Part shown: positions 37,420 to 51,154 of the stretch, piece by piece
Layout of the letters: each line of letters opens with the position of its first letter
Numbering within the stretch: position 1 is the stretch's first letter
From: Ptychomitrium polyphyllum
Lineage: Eukaryota
NCBI GenBank assembly: GCA_973851085.1
Contig: OZ316776.1
Span: 12,276,001 to 12,340,000, forward strand
Direction of reading: 5' to 3'
Length of the DNA: 64,000 bases
Position numbers and translations under genes: made by a program
Notes under the pieces: generated by a model
Database searches by the model: none
Told to the model about the DNA's origin: nothing
What the model saw: the letters and a program-made list of their open reading frames with translations, nothing else

Positions 37420-39502
37420 ATGGCACAGTCGAACGATGCAACAATTGCCAATAATGTAAAGATGTCATTTAGTGATAAGCTCAAACTGCTTTGCAAATTG
37501 AAGGGGAGTATCCATTTTGAGAAGGTGCTCACAGCGTCAAGTGCCTACTCAAATAACCTCCATGGGCCATCAACTCTGGTGAGCATAGTTTGGGAGTCAA
37601 AGTATGCGTCTCTGTTAGCTTAAGTCTTTCTTTGTCAATATGGAGGAATAGATTCTGGTAGCTAGATGAAGCTGTTTGAAAAAATGGACATGTTTTCGAA
37701 GTTAACGATTAGGAAGGCGCCGCTTGAATCACACAAGAGAATCTGATTAGAATAATGCAGGAGGCTCTCGTTGAATGCTCTGTTTCTGGAAACCAAGTTT
37801 TTGTTGTTCACGATTTTCAGGCTCTTAGATTCTACGACAGGCCCATTCAATTGAGCGGTTGATTATGGTTGTGAGTGTAATTCGGTAAGATTAGGTCAAA
37901 TTTGGCTTCTAATTGGTGATCTACGTCTTTAACAGGCACTGCCTGCATGGTTCGTGCAAGAGCATGGTGATAAGTTTCGGAAACATGTTATACTTCGAAC
38001 TGAAGCATCAGCGAAAGCATGGTCTGTGACGCTCACTGTCTTTCATAAATCTCCAACAGTAAGGCAAGTAAAATTTGCTGGTGGTTGGAAACCTTTCGCT
38101 ACTTTTCATGGCCTTATCATCGGTGATTCTTTGATTTTCTCTCTGACGGCATTATCAGAATTCGAGGTTTATATATTTCCTGGGACTGGGAACCTTACGA
38201 AGGCTCTACCTTCTCAACTTGCTCCGAAGAATTGGCCTAATAATTCCAGATTCTCAAGGAAGAAAGCAAAGCAAGCCCATGAATCCAAGAGTGAGAAATC
38301 GCCTGTGGAGGAAAGTATTGAAGATGCAGTGAAGTTGAGTACGTGGAACACAGAAAAGGAGACAATTGTAGACCTACGCACAATCTCTGCTTTCGGCCAC
38401 AATCCTACTGCAACATCTCTCCGAAACTCATCGGACAGCAAAGACTGGCATCTCGTTGAATTGGTAAGCAGGTCATCCTCCTCAACTGAAATACAGGTCT
38501 TTATCTGAGATAGGCTATGAAGTCAATTGTTAGGCTTTAGCATGAATCGAGACTGAGATTTCATTCCAAGAACTAGAGAAGCTGTTGACCACAATGTTCT
38601 AAAGAATTTCTCTACTGAACTTTGGTAAAAGGACGTGATAGATTCTTCCTCAAGAGATCATCATAACTCAAATAACGGGCAAGAACTAGGTCCTGCACTT
38701 GACCATGACGAGCTTATAGTGCAGTCAGGCGTCACTGAGGATGTTGCTCCACAGCACATCGGTGGGCGAAAAGATGCTGAAAATAAAAACCAAGGTTTCA
38801 CACTTCATAAGATACCCATGAACTTTCCTCTGTCGGCCGGCTTCCTCAAGCAATTAACAATCAGCAACTTCTATTGTCGTGAAGGGACTGAAGGGGGCGG
38901 AAGAACAGCTTGTATAGTAAGTTACTCTCTTGAAAGTGATCCAGCCTGCTGGGGCGCACTTCGGAGGCTTAACGTATCTCATATTGATATGCGATCTAAT
39001 CATCGAATCTTTCTTTACTTTAGAGCTGGATGGAGGGATTTCGCAGAAGCAATCCTTCCAAGTCTATGCCATATTATTTCATCGCTTCTTACAGATGTAG
39101 AGCAAATATTGATGTCTTCTTAAAAAACCCTAGAGACTCTGCTCTACATAACACATTTGTCTCCTGGAATGCATATGCAAGCTCCTGTATCAAGCTCTAG
39201 AAGAAAGTAGGAAATGACAAGTATCATGAATTCATGTTGTTATGTAGGAGGTACCTGTTGTCTTCTGGAGGACATACGGCAGCCGACTTCATTCTCTTGT
39301 CAAGCTACAGGGAATTCGTGAGGAGTCCCAGGTGCGGACTGTGGCCTGCTTACCAATCTTGCAGGGTGATCAAACCTGGCGGCTCTACTTTAGAGCTGGA
39401 TGGAGGGATTTCGCAGAAGCAAATAACCTTCAAGTAGGGCAAATTCTTGAGTTCACCCTCACAGCCAAATCATACTTCGTCGTCAGAGGAGCCAACTCTT
39501 GA
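37420..39502 (+). CDS. REM-like double-B3 protein (copy 2)
   Basis: Exons 37420-37578, 37936-38463, 38632-38916 and 39248-39502. The last exon (EVPVVFWRTY...LYFRAGWRDFAEANNLQVGQILEFTL...*) is not in the ORF track. All introns are phase 0; the exon-3 acceptor is AAG and less certain. Confidence 0.78.
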
Positions 39503-40399
39503 CGTGACATTGAGAAACAACCGAGGAGTACGACCAAGTTTCTTAAGCATTTGACTGTTGAGTTACCCACTTGGGGAATTTGAGTCCCGGTTTGAGTATC
39601 AGGAAGTTGAAATCCTTACAGATATTAGTATTAGTGAACCTATGAACAGTAAATCTACTCAAAAGCGGGTGCTTCGAGATGAGAGACGTGATGCAATGAT
39701 GAAGCAACCACAAACAATCATTTTGACTTGCACTCATCAGAAACTGGATGTTGCGAAGGATTTGTCAAGCAAAACAAAATTGCCACTTACTTAATTGAAT
39801 TCGTGCAAAAAAATTGTTGTTTATGTCTCATGTGACACTCAAATATAGTTATTCGCAGTGCACAAAGACTTTGTTTACAGCAGGACTGAGATGTGATTCT
39901 TGGTTTGAGAGACTTGGTCAAGTCATGACATTCTTTGTTAGTTGTTACTCATTACAATTCTCAAAAGAGCGGACACACATTCCCTGAGGTCGCTGAAATA
40001 TGGGCATTCCCTGTTATGTGAGGCACCTCTTTAATGAGCAGTGGTGTCCAGCACAGAGGTAGGTGATGCAGATAGAATCCTCTGCACAGCACCGTCCATT
40101 TCATTACAGATGAAATCTACCCTAACGGTACGAAGTACATCACAGACCTCCACTCCACGCAACAGACCTAATTTGCTCTAGTACCGCACTCTATTGAACT
40201 TATCGGTCACTTATGTAAACATACAGACTATTCTGTTCTTTCATGAGTCTGCTCCAGGGCAATCATGAATCAAATTAAACTTAATTTATCACTTGGATCA
40301 ATTGTAACTTCCTGCATTGACCTCATCTTCCTGCCATTCCAACTTTTCGTATAAGAGGAACTCAAAGCTGTCGCTTCTTCCACATTGACATCCACAGCA

Positions 40400-40910
40400 A
40401 TGGCGACTTTCACGTCCTCCAGGGCTGTCTCTCTCGTTCTTCTTGGTTTCCTCCTATCTCACTCTATGTTACTGCCAGTCATGGCCAGCCTGCCTCTCCT
40501 TCACAGTGTTAATAAGAATCCTGTGCAAGAAGCTTCTGTTGTCAGGGTAAGCTTTGCAAGGTCTTCAATATGCTGAAGTATCATGCAAATGTATGTTCTT
40601 CATGATCGCATTCAGCATATTACCCACGTCGTTACAGACGTTTGCTGGTAAACTATTCACCTCTAACAATGTTCATCTTGGTTGCCAGGATGTGATCTCG
40701 AGGAAGCTGGTGGTATTTAAAAAATGGTATGCCGGAGGAGGCTGTGATAGTTGCGGTGAAGGATACGGAAATGGAGGTTACAATAACGGACCAGGCTATG
40801 GTTACGGCAATGGGCCGTATCATCGTTCACGGGGAGGTGGGGGAGGAGGAGGCGGCGGAGGAGGAGGAGGAGGAGGAGGTGGAGGTGGTGGTGGCCGCCG
40901 CAAGCTCTAA
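40400..40910 (+). CDS. Small secreted glycine-rich protein (122 aa)
   Basis: Exon 1, 40400-40546, is signal-peptide-like (MATFTSSRAVSLVLLGFLLSHSMLLPVMA; donor GTAAGC). Exon 2, 40689-40910, has GYGNG repeats, a poly-Gly run and RRKL*. TATAAG lies at ~40350. Confidence 0.8.
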
Positions 40911-42287
40911 ACTCCTTCACGAAAGAGCGATGTTCCAACAATATTGTAACGAGCAACACAGAAGAGCGTGCTAACACAGAAGTGATAATTTGTCTACATA
41001 ACTTCCATAGACTATATTAGGATACTAGAACGTAGTGGGATACTAGAATGTAGTCTTTTGTTCCTAGAGCTAGCAAAGAAAACTGACGTGGGAATATAAT
41101 TCTATGTGCATTTAGGTGTCATTTGACATGTGTGTAGACCTGGAGAGTCTTCCTCTTGTCTGAGAGTCTCGATCCGCCTCTCTTGAAGTTGTTAACAGCT
41201 CTCGCCAGGGTATGAGACAGGCTGTTCTTTTTCTATGAGACCTGGACGGAGGTAATATTCAGGTTGATGCTCATTCCTATTTGCACAGCTTACTGAATTG
41301 TGTTCTACACAGTTTGTTCCACAAAATGTACCGTGTTGGACGAACAATCATTTTCAGTTTGGTGGTCCTGTTAACGTGACATAGAACTTTAGACAAGATA
41401 TCACAGCTTAATAACATTACTAAATACTCAAAATTGAGGTACTCGGTAACTTAGAAAGAACTGTACTTAGAATTCATGTGAAAACTCAGCAGATTGACTC
41501 TTGTAACAACGAAGTTCCTGAACGTACGTAGAGGTCCTGATGACTAGAATTCTAGAACATTTTAACAAGCAAAACATTTGGACTGTATTCACAAGAGGCT
41601 GCAAACCTTACCTCAGCTCCTGCTTACATTTTGTGCAGCGCATCCCACATTATTGGTGTAAAGATTGCAAGCTCTAACCTCTGAAAAACCAGAATTGTAT
41701 GATTCCTGTCAGTACAATTACCAAATGACTTTCACGACCCTAAGAGTTAACATATGTCAGGTGTGGTCATGATGTAAATAGAATGAAAGCGATACTCAAA
41801 TTGTGAGAATCAATGCAATGTTTTGGAGACTTGCAATGGAGTCATGCAAACCCCATACATTGGAAAGGGATGTTTGGAGCTCCAAAACTACCTTCATCAA
41901 CACAACTTCAAGTCATATTTTCACATAGTACTCAGCAATGTTATTAGAACTCCAATAAGTGGCATGCGGTGGCTCTAGAGCGGCACAAAAATGATCAAAT
42001 TTAGATAATGATTAGATAATCCAAACAGTGGTTTCTTTTAACAAACAATAGTTTAAATAAAATTGACATTTTATTCAACTAAAACCAATTTGATTGAAAT
42101 TTATGTGCTTGGCTCATTAAATTTGTGTTGGTAATCAATACTTCTTAAGTTACAAATTGGCTATGAACTGTCATGACGATGTGCTTGTTAGGATATAGCA
42201 TAGATCATAACTGAGACTACATACCAAGAGCAAAGAGAAGTAATTGACTAAATCAGACTCAATTGTTTCTCTATTGAACCTTGGTAG

Positions 42288-42551
42288 AAGAAGGCGACGG
42301 ATTCTTCCTCTAGAGTTCACAAGAAGGGACAAGTACCTGCACTTGAGTACGACAAGCTCAAAGAGTCAGGTGCCAGCAGTGGGAGAAAGAATTCAAGAGA
42401 TCATTATCAAGCTCCGACACTTCAAATGATCAGCAGAAATTTTCTAATGAAAATTGCAAATGAGAATAACCCTGAAGTAATGCAGAAGCTCTAATTCACT
42501 CTCACTGCTGACTCCAACTTCGCCGTCACAGAAGAGCTGCCTCCACCCTGA
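42288..42551 (+). pseudogene. Orphan B3-gene relic: 5' part of exon 3 fused to 3' part of exon 4
   Basis: After CCTTGGTAG (the same acceptor as at 48301) it reads KKATDSSSRVHKKGQVPALEYDKL...QAPTLQMISRNF...ENNPEVMQKL*FTLTADSNFAVTEELPPP*. This matches DSSSRDH..QGPAL and ENNLEVGQELLFSLTADSFFVV of neighbouring copies. Confidence 0.75.
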
Positions 42552-44101
42552 AAGAATGTAACCCAATATAGAGCCTTCAGAAGACCCATTACTGATCGGG
42601 TGAGGCAGCAAGAAATATGTTCCAGGAGAAGCACTAAATTTCTTGGAAGATGGAAAGTTAAATCGATCACTCTTGAGAAATAGGTAAATAAACTTATAAG
42701 AATTTTGTGTAGAGAAGGCCGTTCAGAAGGAATGTCATAGGCAACATAGTAAATTTCCATATGGTTGAGATATACCTTAACTGCATACCAATTTGGCAAG
42801 AAGTATTGTATATGCAAGAACGTGTATGTTAATGTATATTGCTGCTTAATGGTGTGTACCTCCTGACTTGCTCACATAGTCAGCATATTAATCGGTGCGT
42901 AAGATGCATACTAGAGTATAGTGTTGCATGCCTGAACTAGCAGTCATGTACTGAAAATTGCTCGTAAATTGGCTTCAGACAGACCACTATGCTTCTGCAC
43001 TTAATTTGTATTCCCGAATTAACAGGTATTTAATAATCAAACAAATGAACTCACATCATTCGGAAGAAATCGATATCGTTATGATGAAAAGGTTCGTTTG
43101 ACATAAATTTGAGTCCTCGAATCCTGGGTTTGTTACTTCTAATTGATGCAATGCCATTGAGTTAGTCCATGTTCAGTGGTGCTGTTCGATTTTTTCGTTC
43201 AAATGTGCTCATAGCAAAATTAATGTGTGCTAATTCTATGCCCTTGGGGTTTGTTTACCAGTGGTCTATGAGACATTATAGATTTGCTGTTGCTGAACTT
43301 TCAAGCTTACAGTGGAGAAGAAATCCGTGCAAACGTCACGAGTAATCAGTTGCTATACATTTAGAGATGAACCCTTGTCTTTCCGTCGGGTTTTTGCTGC
43401 TAGTGAAGTATTACCTGCACTCTGCGAAAGCCAGGTTGCAAACTCAAAACTGGCATGTACACACTTCTCTCCAGTCAAATCCAACCATGCTACGATTGTC
43501 CTGTTACCGGTATTGTGTTTTAGAGCCTTCAAGTTGAAGTACAATGTTAAGTCAGTCATTGTGATTGCGTCAAGATGTGATGGTTAACAACGTCTCTCCA
43601 TTCAACATGTTCAAGTGACTCTTATATTTAACATCATTAATAATATTGCAGTCACAAGCAGCCCACAGAATAAATGCAACTTATCAGCTTATAGCAGTTT
43701 CTTATTAGTTTCAGGTCTAGGTGAGACAAATCGGTGTATCATAAATTGCACAACATTAATCGTAGTTGTAAAATTTCTAAGTCTCGTCAATCTACGTTCA
43801 GATTGTGCATCATGAAATATATCCACGTCGAGTGAGTGTTTCAACATCCTAAGCGAGGCTGAGCCCTAAATTGAGTTATTTAGATCAACTCCTTCAAATA
43901 TAGAACTTCTTTGAAAGCTTTTTCACTTCAATGGCTAATTGATCATTCAATCCTTAACCAGTGCTCCAATTTCTAGCTCTGTTTAAACTTCAAATTTCAC
44001 ATTTCGGTTTTATCCATTAGCAATAGAAGTACTGGTTAGCTAGGTAACAAGGCACTGGCAACTGAGGAAGTTTGACAGCAACTTACTTGTCTGTTTCAGA
44101 A

Positions 44102-46097
44102 ATGGTCAAATTGCGTGAACTATCGACAAAAAGCAATGTGAAGCTATCATTGAGTGCAGATTGCAAGACTAAACCGCTTCTCAAATTGCAGGAGACTATT
44201 CATTTCGAGAAGACCCTCACAGCAATGTCAAGCGGGAAAGGCAAATCAAAGTTGGTAAGTGTAGGTTGCAAAATGCTAGATTGTTCTTGACAAGCTGAAT
44301 ATTTCCATCTAGAACTGTTGATGGTTTAATCGTGAAAGTGCCACTGATCCATAGCATTACTCTGTGAGATCAGATGTTGATGAACTTGTTATATAGGCTG
44401 CTTCAGCAGCGGTGCCAGTTCATGATTCAGCATCTTCGTTCTCATGCTTCTGGGTTTCTATGAGCTTTAACAACAGCAGGTCCACCTTTCTGATTTTTGT
44501 GTTAGTGTTCGTTTTCCACAGGAATACCTGCATGGTTTGTACTCAAGTCTGGTGACAAATTTCAAAAATATGTTGTTCTTCGAACTGAGTCTTCACCAAA
44601 TTCATGGCTTATGGATCTCATCATTCCTTATCCGTCTCCACGAGGAATTCAAGTTTTATTCTCTGGAGGTTGGAAAGCTTTTGTTCCGTTCCATGGCCTC
44701 CTGGAACGTGATTCATTGATTTTCTCTCTGACGGCCATGTCCGAATTTGAGGTTTATATGTCTCCTAGCACTGGAACCCTAAGCCATACCCTTCTCAAGT
44801 GCCGAGAAATTGGTCCAAAGAATCTGAATTAATTCACTAAAGAACGAAAAAGCAACTTTATGAGTGCAGCGCTGAACAACTTGCTGCTAAGGGAAGCATT
44901 GAATCTTCAATGAAGTTCATGGCTTGATTTTGAAGAAGGAAGTTAGTGGAGAGGAACGCGAGGTCTTCGCATTCGGCAACAAATCAACGTCTTGCAGCTT
45001 ATCATCTTCCAGCAACGACTTGCATCTCCTTGAATTGGTAAGCAATTCTGATTCCTTCATCAACTCGCAGGTCTTCAGAACTAGTTTCTGAAGTTAAACA
45101 CTTCTAATTGGCCATGCACAGCTTGTTCTGGCATGTACTATGCCATAACAGGGCTTTTACACGCAGAGCAAAAGAAATTGTTGACAGAAACTTTCTCAAT
45201 GTTAAATTTGTCCATTGCAACTTGATAGGAAAACGTGCTCAACTCTTCTTCCAAAGTCCACTAAGAATCAAATGACGGGCAAGAACATGCACTATATGGA
45301 GACGAGCTCTTGGTATCAGGCATCGCTTGGGAAGGAAACTGCACATCACACCAGTGCGAGAAAGATTGTCACAGGCATAGAGTACCAAGACTCAGCACTC
45401 CAAATGATCACCCAGAATATTTCTCGACATCCGGTTTTCTTCGAGAAACTCACAGTCCTCAATGTCTGTCGCCATGAAAAGGGCGGAAAAACAGCTTGCG
45501 TTGTAAGTTATCTTGATAAATGATTCTGGCTGCTGGCATAGTGTATAGCTCTTGTCCCATTGTCAAGTTGTTTCGTTACGTCACTTGTTGCGGGCCTTAT
45601 TTGTGAACGTCTTCAGAGAAACTTACTTCACAAAACCAGAGCAGTTGCAGTTTTCCTGATCCTTCTGTTCCAAGAACATCCCAAGCACATATCTGTCCTC
45701 TGACATGCATAAACAACCACCTACAAGCTCCTGCACCAGGCTCAGTCCAAATTGAAGTAGGATACGCTCAAATTGTACCTAATGTAGATGATTATGAATT
45801 TCATCCAGGAGATTCCTCTTGACTTCTGCAAGGCCTATGGCAGCTGACTACACTCTGTCCTGAAGCTTCAGGGGACTCGTAAAGAGTCCTAGGTGCGAGA
45901 GCTTACTCTTGCCTACCAAGCCAGAACACTGGAAAGCAATCTCAATTTATTTTAGAGCTGGATGGAGGGATGTCGCACATGAGAATGGTCTTGAAGTGGG
46001 GCAACAGCTTTTCTTCTCTCTTACTGCCGACTCATTCTTCGTCGTACGGGAAGAGTTGCCGTTGTCCAGAGAGATAGACGGCCTAGAGAGAGTTTAA
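44102..46097 (+). pseudogene. REM-like double-B3 pseudogene (copy 3)
   Basis: Same 4-exon layout as the intact copies. It has a 1-nt phase defect at the exon-2 start (44522), a stop at 44830-44832, and exon-4 stops TGA 45845 and TAG 45890 where paralogs have CGA and CAG. Confidence 0.82.
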
Positions 46098-47205
46098 TGT
46101 ATTATTACCGAAATGGAGAATTGACGGTAAGTTAGAACAGAATGTAGTGGAAGATGGAAAGTTGGATTACCGACCAAAAGTCCATGCATTATGTAAGAAT
46201 TAAATGACAAAGAGAGTGGTAGGTTGCAATGTTGCAACCATCAGACTGGCATCTATCAGACTGGCATCTATACATTCCTTTTCACTCAAATCACCAGTTA
46301 GTAGTTTCTTTATTGATAAGACTAATTGCAAACCTGATTTGGGACCTCGACAGACTGTGCTCACAAACAAAATCCCATTTAGTAGTTCAAATCATGCAAC
46401 CTTTACAGGCAAGAAGAGGCATCCTAAGAAAACTTGTGTCTCTTAGTGAGGATAATCAATTCTTGTGAAAGAGCCAATGTGTGGAGATACGAAGGAATAA
46501 ATCAGTCTTAAGGTTGCATCAGGTGCTTCCAATAATGCATCTACATCTCAGCATAAACTTACCCAAACCTGAACTTGAATCCTACAACCTTATCGTGACT
46601 AGAATTCTGTATTGTAATTCAGAGCCTTCGAACTGGCGTACAACGATATGACAACCACGGTTATTGCGTCAGGATTTACTGATAGTTGATGAAGTCTCCT
46701 ATTTGCGCATGCTTGACTTGGAAATTTCTACTTTGCTAACGAGTGGTGATAGTCAACAACATTGCTGCCACAAGTAACAGCAAGCCCTCAAATCAATAAA
46801 TGAAAAAATATCTTCAGATCAGCTTCCCATCAGTTCCAAGTTTAAGATAAAGACATCATAAATGCACACCGTTAGGAGCTGTACAATTCCTATATTCAGA
46901 TACAGTACACTACTCAATTAACTTATGTAGAGTTCTTCAACACCCATAGTAAGCTCAGATCTGAGTCGGTTAGATAAACTCTTCCAGTTCGCTACCCCTA
47001 GCTACCGGTATATGATGGAACTTTCCAAAAAGCTTCTCACTGAAGGATTTTGTTGCGTTATATGAGTCTCCAATCACTCCTCTTGCGGAGAAGTGTTTGT
47101 TGTGATGAACTCAATTCTTTTCAGAGGTTCATTAGCAGTACAGGCTAATACCGATAGACAAGGTGCAGAATTCCAAATTTAACGAAGTTCCTCATTGTTT
47201 CAGAA

Positions 47206-49075
47206 ATGTCAGAGCTGTGTACTGTTGCATCAATTGCTAAGAAAGAGAAAATTTCGTTCATATCCGATAATAAGAAAGAATTGCTTCGCAAGTTGCAAGG
47301 GCGAATTCACTTTGAGAGGATCCTCTCAGTTACCAATGTGTCTCTACGTGGAAGATCAACGCTGGTATGTACAGGTTGAGACCAGAATAGTAAATACTTC
47401 TAAAGCAGAAGCTTTCTGTCTGGAGATTATTGGTGAAAGCTTAGGACCTAAGGGTGAAAATTGTAGATCTTGTTCAATACTGTATGAGACTACTGCAATG
47501 TATCTGTGAACACTATTCAAGATGCACTAGTAATCCTGCTTCTCCATGTGACAATGAAAAATGTTAGTGTCACCAAATTTCTTCTGATATTGTTGCTCTG
47601 TGATTCAGCAGCATCATAGTAGCATTTGGTTACTTCTGAACTTCTATTTGGTCTTTGTTGTCCACAGGCACTGCCCGCATGGTTCGTGAGAAAGCATGGT
47701 GACAAATTTCGAAAATATGTTATCCTTCGATCTGGATCATCCACAAAATCTTGGCCTGTGAATGTCACAATTTCCTGTAGATCTCCAGCAGATACGCAAG
47801 TTAGATTTTTAGGAGGTTGGAACGCTTTTGTTACTTTCCATGGTCTCCAACAAGGTGATTCTTTGGTTTTCTCTCTGACGGCAATGTCTGAATTTGACGT
47901 ATATATTATTCCTGGCACTCGGAACCTTAAAGGATGCACTTCTCCAGCTAGACCCAGAAAGTGGTCCGATGGATCCGAACTTTCAGGGAAGAGAACAAAA
48001 CAAGTGCCTTTAAATGAAAACAAGAATGAAGAAGTACTGATTGATGATGGAAGTGTCGAAGGTGAAGTGAAGTCGAATGAAGTGTTTCTAACGGAGATAG
48101 TCGAAAAGGAACGCGTGGTCTCTGAATCCGGCCACAGTTCAACGTCCTGCAGCTTGTCATCCAACAACCAAGACTTGAGTGACTTTGAATCGGTAAGCAT
48201 CTCGCCTTCCTCCATCGACCTCCAGATCTTCAGATCGAATTGGTTGAGAAGTCAATCAAGCGAGCTTCTTGACAATGTAATTTCCCGTTGCGCCTTGGTA
48301 GGAAAACATGCGGGATTCTTCCTCCAGAGACCACCATGACTCTGCAATGAACAGGCAAGGACCTGCACTCGGCCATGTCGAGCTAATGGTGTCGAACTTC
48401 ACTGGGAATGGCCGTACAGAGCACATCGATTGCAGAAAGTATACAGAGAATGTGTATCAAGGTTCAGCACCCCAAAAAATCATCAAGCTTCTTGAATTTC
48501 CAGGGTTCTCGAAGAAACTAACAATCACCAATGTCTTCAACCAAGCTTACTTGGTGAGAGCTCTCTTGGTTTCAAAAAATACTTGATACTGCCAAAGACA
48601 TTTTGTTCATTACTTAACTGATTTTTCCATCAACGATGAACTTAGCAATGTTGATTGCAAATCTGTTTTCTAGAAGAGCATGCAACCTCTAATCCCCTGG
48701 TGGGGCTCCACAAAGAGCCAGGACGTGCACGAATTGTATCTAAAGATTTGTATATTTGTCGTGCAGGTGATTCCTCCTTACTTCTGGAGGACATATAGCA
48801 GCCGACTTCATTCGGTTATCAAGCTACAAGGGATTCATGAAGAGTCGAAGGTGCGAACTGCGCCTTGCGTCCTACCAAACCACGGAAAGCAAACTCGGAT
48901 CTACTTAAGAGCTGGATGGAAACAATTTTCAGATGAGAATAATCTTGAAGTAGGGCAAGAGCTTTTATTTTCTCTTACTGCCGACTCGTTCTTCGTTGTC
49001 AGGAACATGCTATCTCCATCCAGGAATATGCCCCGAGAGGAAGCAACCAACTCCAGGCTTACGCAGCATGAGTGA
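47206..49075 (+). CDS. REM-like double-B3 protein (copy 4, ~414 aa)
   Basis: Exons 47206-47364, 47668-48192, 48302-48553 and 48767-49075; all phase-0 GT-AG introns, no internal stops. B3 motifs: FLGGWNAFVTFHGLQQGDSLVF and LRAGWKQFSDENNLEVGQELLF. Confidence 0.85.
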
Positions 49076-51154
49076 TGATTCAGGAGGACGATCGAACTCC
49101 GGGCACTAATGATGGTTTGTTAGATCACTGTCCAATATTCATTAATATAATACAAACTCGATAGCTTGGGAGCAAAAGATAGGTGGCAAATTCCACACAG
49201 GCATGGACTACTTAGGCGCTCTTGAGTGTAATAAGATTAGTTTTAATGTTTTGGCACTTATTAGGCAGGTGAATGCGGCTGAGAAGTAGGATATGTATAT
49301 GGAATCACCATCAAGACAGTGCATTTCAAACGATGTAGCTGAGGAAGACTTGCTGCTTGTCAATTAATCTTCAGAATAGCTCTAACAGCTACAGTATTAA
49401 TCAGGGCGTCGAATGCCAAACGTGTAATCTTACCTGCACCATGCCACCATGGGACCAGCTATCTAGAAACTTAGCAAATTCAGGATGAATTGACTTGGAG
49501 GAAATCGGAACTAGGCCAATAATCATGGTCAACGAAATTTTTTGGACAGGTAAGGAATGAGCAAGTCTGTGAGCTGATATTACGAGTAGCTGCATTTCAC
49601 TGTATCTGTTACCAGGTGTAATAGTTCAGTCTATTATCTGCTTGCAAATTATGTTCATTGGATTATTGAAACTCAAGCTTGCTGAACGTTCAGGGAAAAT
49701 TACAGAGCTTGAATGTACGAAGCTAGCATTTCTCCATATTGAGAGAGACTAAGTTAGATAGTATCTTTGACCCAGACCATTCAATTTCCCGAAAGGGCAT
49801 TCTGCCGATACCATACGGTTTGGCTAGAACTAGTGGTGTTGATAGTTTTATAAATTGGGCGCCGCCGGAAGGTAGACCTGCATTTCAAGTATCTCTCAAA
49901 GATTGGAGGGTGAGTCACCTGATTATCCTCGAAGGAAACTTGATCACTCTATCTTGTTCAGAGGCATTGAAATCAGCAAGGTGCGAACGAGGGCAGACCT
50001 GCTTCTCAAGCAAATCTAACTTCTAGTGAACACTAAACCCCCTGAACCATCTTTTTACAGACAAACCTGATAGCAGGGGCTAATATCTACCAGGTGAAGC
50101 GGGAACTAGTACCGAATGTAGTGGTAGTGGTAATGGAAGTTGGATTATATATTGTTTAGAAATTCGTGCATTCTGTTAAGAGCGGAGGATTGTAGTACTA
50201 CAACCTTCAGAATGGCATCTATTATTTTAGACTTCTTTCCATTTGAATCACAAATAGCAGTTTCTCTAATACTACAAACTTGGGTCGGCAACTTGACAAC
50301 TATGCTAATAAATTAAATCGCAATAACCAGCTCAAACCATGCGATATTTGCAGGCAACATGGGCAATCCCAAGAAAAATTAGCCCAACTCTCGCAGTGCA
50401 GTTTATCTGTTTCTTGAGATATTAATCTCTATCAAAATTCCAGTTTTAGATGATGCAATTGGACAACACAAGGACATAGTCTTAATGCAGCACCAGGTGC
50501 CACTAACGCATCATCATCTGAACTTTAACTTGAACCTTCGTACTCTGTCACGATTAATATTATTTCGTTTTCTGGTTTAGAGCCTTCAAATTGGTGTACA
50601 ATGTTAAGACAATCCGGGAGACAATGACGGTGATTGAGTCAATATTAACTAATGACTGAAGAAGTCTTTACATTCAGCATGATCGAACTATTCTAAACTG
50701 CTCCTCTCTGTCCTATTTTGTTAAGTGGTACCATAGGTAATGATGTGATTGCATTTACAAGTTCCAACAAGCCCTCAGAATTGATGAAAAATAATCGTTT
50801 GTATCAGTTTCCCATCAATTTCAAGTCTGGTTGAGGCAATCATATCATATATTGCACACCTTTGAGAGCTGCACAATTTTTCAAGCTTCCTCATCTGCGT
50901 TAGATATGATCGTGTTGGATTCTTCAACACCCTTTCGTAAGCTCAAATTTGAGTCATTTAGACCAACACTTTCAGATCTCAACTGGTTTATCCGAATTTT
51001 CAAGAAAGCTTTCATTTCAAAAGATTACTAAGTCGAATGAGTTTCTAATCATTCCTGTTGTGGAGAAGTGTTCCTTGCGGTAACCTGAATTCTATTCAAT
51101 AACCTGACAAGACGGCGATTGCAAAATTTTAACAGGTTCCTCACTATTTCAGGG

